DNA of 64,000 nucleotides from NCBI GenBank assembly GCA_964430945.1, contig CAYSHH010000003.1, forward strand, positions 4,183 through 68,182, written 5' to 3'. The position numbers were made by a program, and so were the translations under genes. The notes under the pieces were generated by a model. The model saw only the letters and a list, made by a program, of their open reading frames with translations. It did no database searches and was not told the origin of the DNA. The stretch is from an uncultured Candidatus Saccharibacteria bacterium. GTDB lineage: Bacteria > Patescibacteriota > UBA1384 > JAMDBS01 > CAYSHH01. Shown here in pieces: positions 47,238 through 55,908 of the stretch; positions within the stretch are counted from its first letter, which is position 1; each line of letters opens with the position of its first letter.

Positions 47238-48509
47238 ATGCTAACTAAAACTTTCTATTTTCCAAATGGACACTATTTATTCGATGGAAGAAACTTGGAC
47301 ATCTATGAAATCAGAGAAGACGAAAAGATTCCTGAATTTAATTTTTCTGATTCTCATCAAGATACAAATTATTTTCTTAGAACTATAGTTTTGAATTTAA
47401 CATACAGCTGCAATTTAAAATGCAGTTATTGCTATGCAAACCAGGGAGCATATTGTCAACCAGGAATCAGTATGTCGTATGAGACTGCAAGGCAAGCAAT
47501 TGACTTGTTATTCGAGTCTGTTAGAAAGAATAGCGGAAATACAATGAGAATTGTTTTCTTCGGAGGCGAACCGCTTCTTTCTTATCAGCTCATAATAGAT
47601 ATTGTTAAATATGTTACACAAAAAAATATAGATAACTATGAAATTCAATATCTCATGACTACGAACGGGACTTTAATCAAAGAAGCGCAGGCAATTTTTT
47701 TTAAGAAAAACAAGTTTCAGATTATGGTAAGTATTGATGGAGACAAAATAACACATGACTCTTGTAGAATCTACGCAAATGGAGAAGGTTCATACCATGA
47801 TACTGTGTGTGCTGTTGAATTAATGATAAAAAAAGAGATCCCGCTAGAGGGAAGAATAACAATCGCAAACAATAACACGGATATATTAAAATCTGTTAAG
47901 CATCTTCGCAAAATTGGTCTTAAAAGAATAACTTTCGCAACAGACTATAATTTGTCACGTAGTGGCTTTGATAATTTTCTAAAATCTTTATCACTACTTG
48001 CAAGCTATTATTTATATTCAATTCAGAATGCAGACTATTTTGATATTTCCAATTTTACCGCACCCATTTCTTCAATTGTCACCAAAAGTAAAAAAATATT
48101 TCATTGTAGTGCTGGATTGTCATATCTTTCAGTTGGGGCTGACGGTTTAATATATCGTTGTCCTAGATTTACAGATAATAAGTTATTTCAAATTGGCAGA
48201 GTTGGAAAAAATTCTTTTGATATTGTCTCTCGGGAGATAGATAAATTCAGCCAAATTGTTAAGCATGGGGCACATGAAAGAACATTAGAATGTTCTGAAT
48301 GTCCTTATATTTTTCTGTGTGGCGGAAACTGTTACCACCATTCATTTACAAAAACTGGCAAGGAATTCAATGTGATTAGTCCAGAGTGTAAATGTAAACA
48401 TCTGATATATGATAATGCAATTAAAATTCTTTGCTTGCTGAACCCAAAGACAAGTCGCGATTTTCTCAATTTCTTGAGTGGTTCCTGGCAGACTAAAGGA
48501 GGTGAATAA
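47238..48509 (+). CDS. Radical SAM enzyme with C-terminal SPASM domain (anSME/peptide-maturase family)
   Basis: CNLKCSYC (CxxxCxxC). SPASM cysteines CSAGLSYLSVGADGLIYRC...CSECPYIFLCGGNC...CKCKH. SD aggagg. Confidence 0.85.
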   Translation: MLTKTFYFPNGHYLFDGRNLDIYEIREDEKIPEFNFSDSHQDTNYFLRTIVLNLTYSCNLKCSYCYANQGAYCQPGISMSYETARQAIDLLFESVRKNSGNTMRIVFFGGEPLLSYQLIIDIVKYVTQKNIDNYEIQYLMTTNGTLIKEAQAIFFKKNKFQIMVSIDGDKITHDSCRIYANGEGSYHDTVCAVELMIKKEIPLEGRITIANNNTDILKSVKHLRKIGLKRITFATDYNLSRSGFDNFLKSLSLLASYYLYSIQNADYFDISNFTAPISSIVTKSKKIFHCSAGLSYLSVGADGLIYRCPRFTDNKLFQIGRVGKNSFDIVSREIDKFSQIVKHGAHERTLECSECPYIFLCGGNCYHHSFTKTGKEFNVISPECKCKHLIYDNAIKILCLLNPKTSRDFLNFLSGSWQTKGGE

Positions 48510-48513
48510 ATAA

Positions 48514-48624
48514 GTGAAAAAGCTTAATTTTGGTTTAACACCAGAAGATAAAGAAAAACTTAAAGCTAATGCTTTAAAGGCCAATGCTTCGTGTGAAGGC
48601 GGACCCGAAGGAGCAGCTGGCTAA
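48514..48624 (+). CDS. 36-aa peptide, candidate RiPP precursor (MKKLNFGLTPEDKEKLKANALKANASCEGGPEGAAG)
   Basis: GTG start 8 nt after SD aaggaggtg, which lies within the last codons of the rSAM gene. It has its own terminator and a K/E-rich leader-like N-terminus. The C-terminus is Cys/Gly-rich with an internal GG. Confidence 0.55.
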   Translation: MKKLNFGLTPEDKEKLKANALKANASCEGGPEGAAG

Positions 48625-48645
48625 AATTACCGTTACGCTATTAGT

Positions 48646-48673
48646 AGGACCTTGAATAGAGGTCCTTTTTTTT
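48646..48673 (+). terminator. Rho-independent terminator after the peptide gene
   Basis: aggacc-ttgaataga-ggtcct followed by ttttttt. Confidence 0.8.
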
Positions 48674-48687
48674 ATAATATTTATTAT

Positions 48688-49281
48688 ATGAAATATACTT
48701 ACACAAATAAATACTGCGCCTTTTACCAACTTCCATTTTGTTGTGCTCCCGCAACATTACAATGGGTAATGTATCGAAATGGATTAAATATGATAGATCA
48801 AGAATTAATTGGAAAAGAATTAGGATTACGTTTACCCCAAAAAGCCAAACCCTTTTTTAGCAATGAAGATTTAATATTTTTACCAGACAACACCTCTATT
48901 AGTTTTGGAACTCAAATATTTATTAAAAAATTTAAGATTAATAGTTTTTTTAAAAAATATAATATGCCCTTAAAAATTTCGAAACAATATTTTTTCAAAA
49001 CGAAAAAAGGATTAAAAATTTTTTTGATAAATAATCTTAAGAAAAAAAATGATATAGTTTTAAGATTTAATAATAAATTGATTTCTAGTAATAAAAAAGG
49101 CTGTGGTCATTTGGCATTAATTTATAGTTTGAATGCTCACAACGATATAGTCGGAATTGGTGATCCAGATCCACCTTTCTATAAAACTATGACTTTAAAT
49201 GATATTTTGTTTTCAATATCTAATAAAATCGATGGAACTCAACGAGGATTATTTTATATTGAGAAAGTGAAAAAGTCTTAA
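48688..49281 (+). CDS. Peptidase C39-like cysteine protease domain protein (standalone)
   Basis: YQLPFCCAPATLQWVMYRNG matches the C39 Q....C(G)xAxLxMvxxYxG region. The His (GCGHLALIYSL, like gHfvVl) and the downstream Asp (DIVGIGDPD) are present. Start taken at 48688. Confidence 0.55.
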   Translation: MKYTYTNKYCAFYQLPFCCAPATLQWVMYRNGLNMIDQELIGKELGLRLPQKAKPFFSNEDLIFLPDNTSISFGTQIFIKKFKINSFFKKYNMPLKISKQYFFKTKKGLKIFLINNLKKKNDIVLRFNNKLISSNKKGCGHLALIYSLNAHNDIVGIGDPDPPFYKTMTLNDILFSISNKIDGTQRGLFYIEKVKKS

Positions 49282-49707
49282 TAATTATCTAATTTAGCTT
49301 AGTATCGGTTGTAGGCCATGGAGTAGATAGTTTAGCCGTCAGTGGCATGAAAAGAGTAAAAATAGTCGTGCTCTTCTAATAGACGAGTAAAAATAAAGAC
49401 GGGTATTTTCCGTCATTATTTTTTAAATGTACTGCTAAAAAAATCCGATTCATATCTTAAAATAAATGGGCTATAGATAATGATTTATTTTTCGGCGTTT
49501 AACATATCAATAACAGATATAGTGTAGAAATTTTTTTCATTTAATAGATTAACCGTTCTATTTCTATGCTTTTCGGCATCTATTTTCGTTTTTAATTTTT
49601 TGTTGTCTTTTATAAGCAAATAATTGCAATACTATATCCTCTCATTTATTACGAAATTACAACTGGTTATTTAAGTTTAAAACTATCATGATGTGCTTAT
49701 AAAAATA

Positions 49708-49910
49708 ATGATGGAAAAATCTTTAAGGATTTGGGAAAGAAACTGAAAGCTTTCAGAGAGGAAGCTGGGCTTACTCAATCTCAAGTTGCCAAATCAACTA
49801 GTATTTCTGTTAATTATTATGCAAGAATTGAAAGGGGCGAAGAATACCCTACTTACGAAGTTCTCCATCAGATAAAAAAGGCACTAAAAATAAAGTCGAA
49901 TCTAGTTTAG
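49708..49910 (+). pseudogene. XRE-family HTH regulator, frameshifted
   Basis: ATG at 49708 gives MMEKSLRIWERN*. The +1 frame from 49731 encodes (L)GKKLKAFREEAGLTQSQVAKSTSISVNYYARIERGEEYPTYEVLHQIKKALKI (XRE HTH). The shift sits in the run gaaaaatc. Confidence 0.55.
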
Positions 49911-49990
49911 ATCCTCTTTATCCTTATATACTTTCTTTAATTTCAGTGCCCAATCGATTATTATTTCAAAGAAAGTGTTCCAATTTTTTA

Positions 49991-50009
49991 TCCTTGGCTC
50001 CACCAAAAA
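49991..50009 (+). repeat. attR-like copy of the tmRNA 3' end (tccttggctccaccaaaaa)
   Basis: Identical 19-mer, immediately followed by a terminator hairpin. Confidence 0.8.
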
Positions 50010-50037
50010 GAATCAGGATAGTTTCTGATTCTTTTTT
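50010..50037 (+). terminator. Terminator hairpin after attR (probably the original tmRNA terminator)
   Basis: gaatcag-gatagtttct-ctgattc followed by tttttt. Confidence 0.65.
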
Positions 50038-50150
50038 GTCTGAGAGTGATTAGAAGGCACTTTAAAAACGCATTTTATGGTAGCGATGGCGGTATGAAAT
50101 AGGTATTTATTTCATGTTGACTAGCTATCATAAAGAAAGAAGGTAATAAA

Positions 50151-50414
50151 ATGAAAAAGTTTGAAAGAGAAATTCAAATCATCAAAGAAGAACTGCGCAA
50201 TGTTCAAATCGAAAACTTTGGATGGGGGATCGCGACATGATATATATATATTATTGAAGGAAAATACTACAAAAACGGAGGATATCAAACAGTCATATTC
50301 TCTGTTCAAATATCACCCGATAAAACTATCAAGCTAATAGATTTGGGAGCTGATCCTAAAAATAAATGCAAACAAATGGAATATGAATGTATAGGCGAAG
50401 TAAAATATCTTTAA
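50151..50414 (+). pseudogene. Small ORF (about 87 codons) interrupted by an in-frame TGA at 50238
   Basis: MKKFEREIQIIKEELRNVQIENFGWGIAT*YIYIIEGKYYKNGGYQTVIFSVQISPDKTIKLIDLGADPKNKCKQMEYECIGEVKYL*. RBS gaaggtaa upstream. Confidence 0.3.
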
Positions 50415-50474
50415 TTCTTGTAACAATGTATATTTCTTGAACAAAAAAAGAGAAATTAAGGTTAGGTAATTTCA

Positions 50475-50507
50475 AAAAACAAAATCGGCTAAACCGCCGA
50501 TTTTTTA
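50475..50507. terminator. Bidirectional terminator downstream of truB
   Basis: aatcggc-taaacc-gccgatt flanked by A and T tracts. Confidence 0.7.
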
Positions 50508-51167
50508 GTTGGCTTTATCTTTCCAAAACTTCTCAAATCTATCTAAATCGTAAGCATTATTAATATGATAATCACCTACACGAGTGCGTTTAAGATTTGC
50601 GAGATAGCCTCCAGTACCAAGTTTCTCTCCAATATCACGTGCTAAGGACCGGATATATGTACCTGGACCACAAGTCACTTGTATCTCGAGATATGGCCAC
50701 CTATACGAAATTAGTTCAATATTTTTTATTTCGATAATGCGTGCTTTCATTACAACCTTTTGCCCAGCACGAACTCGTCGACATGCAGGTTTCCCATTGA
50801 TTTTAATTGCACTATAAACAGGTGGTACTTGTTTGATAACACCAATAAAACACTTTAAAACACGATTAATTTCCGTACGCGTAATTTTACTATCGTACTC
50901 TATAATTATCTTATCACCTTCTTCGTCGTCAGTTGTACTTGTTTCGCCTAGCTTAATTTTGGCGATATATTCTTTTTCGGTCTTCTCAATTTTTCCCAAC
51001 TCGCGAGTTCCTTCGCGGGTAATTCCCACCACTAAAATTCCACTTGCCAATGGATCAAGGGTGCCAGCATGACCAATTTTTTTAATACCCGTAATTTTTC
51101 TTAGCCTTGCGATCATGTCAAAGCTTGTTGGTCCTTTTGGTTTAATTATCGCGTAGATATGTTTCAT
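50505..51167 (-). CDS. truB: tRNA pseudouridine(55) synthase
   Basis: MKHIYAIIKPKGPTSFDMIARLRKITGIKKIGHAGTLDPLASGILVVG (catalytic Asp in GTLDP). Confidence 0.9.
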   Translation of the reverse strand: MKHIYAIIKPKGPTSFDMIARLRKITGIKKIGHAGTLDPLASGILVVGITREGTRELGKIEKTEKEYIAKIKLGETSTTDDEEGDKIIIEYDSKITRTEINRVLKCFIGVIKQVPPVYSAIKINGKPACRRVRAGQKVVMKARIIEIKNIELISYRWPYLEIQVTCGPGTYIRSLARDIGEKLGTGGYLANLKRTRVGDYHINNAYDLDRFEKFWKDKAN

Positions 51168-51212
51168 ATATTTTCTTTACTAAAGAGTGTATTTTACCTT
51201 ATTATATAAAAT

Positions 51213-51794
51213 ATGAAAAGAAGTGACAAAGAAAAAATACTTATTGATTCAACTTTCGCAGCCAAACGACTATTGGGCGCGTATTTAATTAGACAAATAG
51301 ACAAGCATAGATTAATAGGTAAAATCGTCGAAACAGAAGTGTATCACCAAGACGATCCAGCATCCCACTCGTGTCATGGTCGTACAAAACGCTGTGAGAT
51401 AATGTTTGGTACACCAGGATTTTCTTATATCTATCTAGTCTATGGTATGTACTACTGTTTAAATATTGTAACTGGCAAAGAAGGTGAAGGAGCCGCAGTC
51501 CTGATCCGTGCGCTGGAGCCGATCAAAGGAATTGATACAATGAAGATATATCGAAAGATGGATGATATAAAAAATCTTACCAATGGTCCAGGAAAAGTTT
51601 GTCAGGCTTTAAATATCACAAATAAAGAGAACAAAAAATATTTATTGGACAATAAATCCTCGTTTTATATAAAATTTAATAATCAGATTCAAGATAATAA
51701 AATAATATATACAACACGTATCGGTATTTCCAAAGCAAAAGATATGCTCATGAGATTTTATGTTAAAGATTCAAAATATGTGTCAATCAAATAA
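51213..51794 (+). CDS. mpg: DNA-3-methyladenine glycosylase (Mpg/AAG family)
   Basis: LLGAYLIRQIDKHRLIGKIVETEVYHQDDPASHSCHGRTKRCEIMFGTPGFSYIYLVYGMYYCLNIV...NGPGKVCQALNI. Confidence 0.85.
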   Translation: MKRSDKEKILIDSTFAAKRLLGAYLIRQIDKHRLIGKIVETEVYHQDDPASHSCHGRTKRCEIMFGTPGFSYIYLVYGMYYCLNIVTGKEGEGAAVLIRALEPIKGIDTMKIYRKMDDIKNLTNGPGKVCQALNITNKENKKYLLDNKSSFYIKFNNQIQDNKIIYTTRIGISKAKDMLMRFYVKDSKYVSIK

Positions 51795-51850
51795 GTATCT
51801 AAATTACATGTTATAATATAAAAAATAATCTAAATAATAATCATATACGA

Positions 51851-53305
51851 ATGAACGAAATCCCAAAAATTAATATTGGTCTACAGAAAGCACCATTTCC
51901 CAAGAAAAAGCCAGATGTAGAGCGATCTACAACTACTAAAAAACAATATCATGAATCGGAGCTAGATTTAGAAGATAAAAAGGCTTCGGAGCTAGATATC
52001 GAGACTTTCAATAATCTACGTAGCAAATTATCTCAAATTGATCCAAATAAACTATCTCAAAAGCAAATCAGAGACCTCAATAATATTTTATCTCAACAAA
52101 AAATTTTGCGAGATGAAGCGTCTAATACTAGTAGAACCGACCAAGTAGAATCTTCAAACCAAAATGACAAAGAAAATCAAAAATCTTTATCACTCGATAA
52201 GGAAAGGATGAAACAGGATATGATTGCAGCGATACCAACTTATGACGAGGTGTATAAGTATTATAGAAAAACAAGAAATAACGATATCGAGACAGCAAAA
52301 AGAAATACTGATATAGTTGTCGAAATGTTTAAAGATTACCCAAAAACAATAACTGAGGCTATAGATAAAGCACAAACAAACACCATTGATTTAGAATTTA
52401 TTAAATGCATTGATGAGAAAAAAGAAAAAGTCGAATGGTGTTTTAGACAAATATGGGACATTAACCCGCAAAAAGCTGAGCAATTTGCACGTTCTCTTGG
52501 CATGGAAATTTTTAATACCAATGAGGATGTGAATAGATTAGTAGAAAAAGGAGATGACAGTATCAAATTTGCCGACAAAAGATTTATAAATCCACTGAAT
52601 AGTATCTTAATTGACAGTTCAAGTTTGCCAGAAGACAACCCCTATAAACAAGCACTTATTGCTGAATATATTACTTATCCCGGATTGTTGATGCAATGTA
52701 AAGGTAGACACAATGAAATAACAAAGATACTAATAAATGGGTATAGTGGGATTTTTGTCGGCCCAGAAATACATAGCAAACATTACAATTTATATGAAAC
52801 ATACCCAAGTTTTGAAAAAGCCAAAGAAAAAGGTAAAATTCCACAAGCATACTTAGATCTACGCGAAAAGAGAAAAAGTGAAGAAGAAAAAGAGAAAAAA
52901 ATAAAAAAAGTTGAGCAAGATCTTTCGGATTGGGAAGGTTCATTCAAATGGCCACTTCTGCCTGAAAAGTTAAGAAAGCAACCCTTGAGTAAGGAAAATG
53001 TAATAAAATGGCTCAAAGTACAGCTATATGTTATAGAACATCCGAGTAGCATTAAAATGCTTCGGATAAGAAGGGATAATTATTCAAAAGAAGAATTAAT
53101 GGACAAAGCGACTCAGGAAGAAATCACAAAATATGTTAAAAGAAAACAATTAAGGGCTTTAGAGGCAATTCTCGACTCAAATACCCCAGAGTTAACTTGT
53201 GATTTGGGATACTTTAAAAAAAATGGGATAGACATACAAGCATATATCGATAAAGCTTTGAAAAGCGCACCAGAGGATTTAAAAAAAGAGTTAGAAAGAT
53301 ATTAA
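51851..53305 (+). CDS. Hypothetical K/E-rich cytoplasmic protein (484 aa)
   Basis: Long ORF with no recognised motif. Confidence 0.5.
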   Translation: MNEIPKINIGLQKAPFPKKKPDVERSTTTKKQYHESELDLEDKKASELDIETFNNLRSKLSQIDPNKLSQKQIRDLNNILSQQKILRDEASNTSRTDQVESSNQNDKENQKSLSLDKERMKQDMIAAIPTYDEVYKYYRKTRNNDIETAKRNTDIVVEMFKDYPKTITEAIDKAQTNTIDLEFIKCIDEKKEKVEWCFRQIWDINPQKAEQFARSLGMEIFNTNEDVNRLVEKGDDSIKFADKRFINPLNSILIDSSSLPEDNPYKQALIAEYITYPGLLMQCKGRHNEITKILINGYSGIFVGPEIHSKHYNLYETYPSFEKAKEKGKIPQAYLDLREKRKSEEEKEKKIKKVEQDLSDWEGSFKWPLLPEKLRKQPLSKENVIKWLKVQLYVIEHPSSIKMLRIRRDNYSKEELMDKATQEEITKYVKRKQLRALEAILDSNTPELTCDLGYFKKNGIDIQAYIDKALKSAPEDLKKELERY

Positions 53306-53380
53306 CATCATCATTAATCATTTAAGTCGATAAAGAATATTAGTCTTGTATCTTTTTCATAACAGATTATAATAAATAAC

Positions 53381-53902
53381 ATGTTAATATTTTTAAATAT
53401 AGTTTTTTGGACAATTTTTGTAGTAATGGTCTTAAAACTTGTATCAACCTTTGTTTCAATCTTTTCTGGTTCCCCATCTGGTGAAACATCCAGTAAAATA
53501 ATTAAAAAACTATTCAAACAAATTGATCCAAAAAAAAATAGTGTCATTTACGATCTTGGTTCTGGATTGGGAAATGTTGGCATTGCAATAGTGAAAAATT
53601 TTCCTGTCAAAGTGATCGGCTATGAGATTTCCCCATTACCATATCTTACATCAAAAATTAGATCATTATTTGTCAAAAACTTTACTGTCAAATATGCCAA
53701 TGTCAAAAAAGCTAACATTAGCGATGCGAATGTAGTTTACTGCTATCTTTTACCAGGTCTACTTTCCGAGATTGCACCAAAACTTACCAAAGAATTGCCC
53801 AAAAACACAAAAATTATTTCACTACTTTTTGAAATAAAAGGACTCAAAAAACAAAAAACCATCGAGATAGATGGTAATAAGTTTCATATTTATATTGTAT
53901 GA
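53381..53902 (+). CDS. Small membrane-anchored class I SAM-dependent methyltransferase
   Basis: N-terminal TM. VIYDLGSGLGNVGIAIVKNFPVKVIGYEISP (motif I) and VVYCYLLPG. Confidence 0.6.
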   Translation: MLIFLNIVFWTIFVVMVLKLVSTFVSIFSGSPSGETSSKIIKKLFKQIDPKKNSVIYDLGSGLGNVGIAIVKNFPVKVIGYEISPLPYLTSKIRSLFVKNFTVKYANVKKANISDANVVYCYLLPGLLSEIAPKLTKELPKNTKIISLLFEIKGLKKQKTIEIDGNKFHIYIV

Positions 53903-53906
53903 GCAC

Positions 53907-54377
53907 TTATATGTAGTTTTTCATCGCTCGACGAGTTTCTCGACGCTGGTCTCTTTCTTTGAGTACTTGTCTTTTATCATGTTTTTTACGACCACGAACC
54001 AACCCAACCAAAAGTTTAGCCAGTCTGTTTTTCTTAAGATACAGTTTCAGTGGCACGAGAGTCAATTTTTTTTGCTCGACCTTTTCAACCAAAAAATCTA
54101 TTTCTTTTTTATGCATTAAAAGTTTGCGCGTGCGTGTCGGCTCGGTTGTTTTCGAGATATTGATATTTATTGCAAAAATTTCTGCTACACCGTTAAGGTG
54201 AAGTACCTTAACATAGGCACCTTTAAGTTGGACATTTTTGGCTCTAACTTGTTTTATTTCCTCACCGGTGAGTACAATTCCAGATTCAATCCTTTCCAAA
54301 ATGTCATAATCAAAATACGCTTTTTTATTTTTTGCAATTTCATTATCTTTCATGTTGTTATTATACCTGCCATTCAA
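53907..54377 (-). CDS. smpB: SsrA-binding protein SmpB
   Basis: IAKNKKAYFDYDILERIESGIVLTGEEIKQVRAKNVQLKGAYV...KLLMHKKEIDFL and a basic C-terminal tail. The likely start is the internal Met MKDNEIAKNKK at 54353. Confidence 0.9.
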   Translation of the reverse strand: MNGRYNNNMKDNEIAKNKKAYFDYDILERIESGIVLTGEEIKQVRAKNVQLKGAYVKVLHLNGVAEIFAININISKTTEPTRTRKLLMHKKEIDFLVEKVEQKKLTLVPLKLYLKKNRLAKLLVGLVRGRKKHDKRQVLKERDQRRETRRAMKNYI

Positions 54378-54413
54378 TGTTTTTAAAAGTAATAAAAAAG
54401 GAGCATATGCTCC

Positions 54414-55109
54414 CTATGAAGAGTTTGATGGTTTTTGCGGACAATGGCATTTATTTAGTACAGAATCAAGAATATATCTATACGATCCGGGTTGAAAATC
54501 TGTACCCAGTATAAGTTTATTGATACTGTCCAAAATATTTTTGGCAAAATTTATGTAAAACTGTTCATCGAGTTGTGTGTCCACTCGCGGCAGAATTTCT
54601 CCTAATAAATTTGGAATAACTTTTTTCCAAATTCGTAAAATTTCCCTACTGCAAATCACGTGGTATTTGTTGGACACGTATGTTTGTCCAGACATATTTA
54701 AGCCAAATTTAAAAGTTTTTGATTTATTTTCAACAGTCCTGATGTAATGATGTAACGAAATAGCCACATTCCAGCACATCATTCGTGCCTCGCGTTTAAT
54801 ACCGCAAAAGCAACTTCTCTCATCGTGCTCTGTTTCGAGAATCCCACAGAACCTTAAGGTTCTTTTGACTCTTGAATATTGTCCAAGCAATGCTGTCGCA
54901 TAAGACAGAAGCTCGCTAAACGGACAGACACCCACTGGCCTTCCGCATTGGAGTAAAAAAACATTTCTCATTATCCAAGGAGGGCTAGCATTACTTACAT
55001 GGTGTTGAAATAATTCACTTTGGTTACATTTATCAAGACCGTAACCAAACAAAGTATTTCTTGGAACGAATTCATTTAGTCTATTCCTGTTAGGAAAACA
55101 GCTTTTCAT
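54414..55109 (-). CDS. Cys-rich hypothetical protein, divergent from the tmk-dcd-thyX operon
   Basis: 231 aa with about 12 Cys (CGRPVGVCPFSE...RFCGILETEHDERSCFCG...CHCPQ). A metal or Fe-S ligand role is possible. Family not recognised. Confidence 0.45.
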   Translation of the reverse strand: MKSCFPNRNRLNEFVPRNTLFGYGLDKCNQSELFQHHVSNASPPWIMRNVFLLQCGRPVGVCPFSELLSYATALLGQYSRVKRTLRFCGILETEHDERSCFCGIKREARMMCWNVAISLHHYIRTVENKSKTFKFGLNMSGQTYVSNKYHVICSREILRIWKKVIPNLLGEILPRVDTQLDEQFYINFAKNILDSINKLILGTDFQPGSYRYILDSVLNKCHCPQKPSNSS

Positions 55110-55244
55110 ATTTCATCACTCCACATCTTATTTTTAAGGAATCATCCTTTATCTAAATATATAGTAATTTTTATCTTTGTCCAATTTGGCAAGTAAATAA
55201 AAATAAGATATTGTAAAATTAAACAAAAATTATATTTTATTTAT

Positions 55245-55907
55245 ATGAAAAATGGAAAACTAATTGTTTTGGAAGGAATCGATGGATCTGGAAAGTCCAC
55301 TCAACATGAACTACTAGTCAAATACCTTCGATCCAAAGGAAAAACTGTAAAAACTATCAAATTTCCTCGTCATGGAAAAAAGTTTTTTGGTGTAATGGTG
55401 GATGAATACCTGAATGGTAAATTTGGCAAAGCAAGTCAAGTCGATGGACATCTCGCCTCGATAATATTTGCCCTTGATAGGCTTGAAGTTTCAAATAAAA
55501 TTAAAAATTGGCTGAAACTCGGTTATTATGTGATCCCCGATAGATACACTACTTCAAATCTCGGACATCAACTTGGCAAGATGATCAATAAATCAGACAA
55601 GCAAAAAAACACATTCATAAAATGGGATCGAGAAATGGAATACAAAATTTTAGGTATCCCGAAGCCCGACAAAGTGATATATTTACACGTCGATTTCAAA
55701 ATAGTCAAAAAGTTACTTCATAAAAGAGGTCGCGGTGATCAACATGAAACAGATATTAAATATTTAAAAAATTCGCAACTTGCATATGACTATGTCTGCA
55801 CACATTCTAAAAATTGGTCAAAATTATCATGTATGAACAAAAAACACGATAATATTGATACAATATCAAATATACATATGAAAATAATCAAAAAACTAAG
55901 CCTATAA
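55245..55907 (+). CDS. tmk: Thymidylate kinase
   Basis: LIVLEGIDGSGKSTQHELL (P-loop), then DRY (motif DRYTTS). Confidence 0.9.
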   Translation: MKNGKLIVLEGIDGSGKSTQHELLVKYLRSKGKTVKTIKFPRHGKKFFGVMVDEYLNGKFGKASQVDGHLASIIFALDRLEVSNKIKNWLKLGYYVIPDRYTTSNLGHQLGKMINKSDKQKNTFIKWDREMEYKILGIPKPDKVIYLHVDFKIVKKLLHKRGRGDQHETDIKYLKNSQLAYDYVCTHSKNWSKLSCMNKKHDNIDTISNIHMKIIKKLSL

Positions 55908-55908
55908 T

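Larger units (their letters stand above)
46893..49990 (+). mobile_element. About 3.1-kb insertion (mini genomic island or remnant) in the tmRNA 3' end, with no integrase
   Basis: Bounded by the 19-bp direct repeat of the tmRNA terminus, with a second terminator hairpin after the distal repeat. Cargo is the rSAM, peptide, C39-like peptidase and XRE HTH pseudogene. Confidence 0.65.

Noticed and set aside
48515-48624. Classical double-glycine leader reading of the 36-aa peptide (cleavage after CEGG leaving only PEGAAG)
   Set aside because: The leader lacks the LSxxELxxIxGG consensus, and the resulting core would be only 6 residues. The peptide is kept as a candidate precursor, but this specific processing model is not supported.
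50238-50240. In-frame TGA as evidence for an alternative genetic code (UGA as Gly or Trp)
   Set aside because: TGA terminates multiple well-supported genes in the window (for example 10994..11359 and 13680..14042, both of which end in ATGA overlaps), so standard code 11 applies and this is a local nonsense or error event.
53871-54386. Plus-strand ORFs 53871..54119, 53959..54201 and 54198..54386
   Set aside because: They are antisense to smpB, which is clearly conserved on the minus strand.
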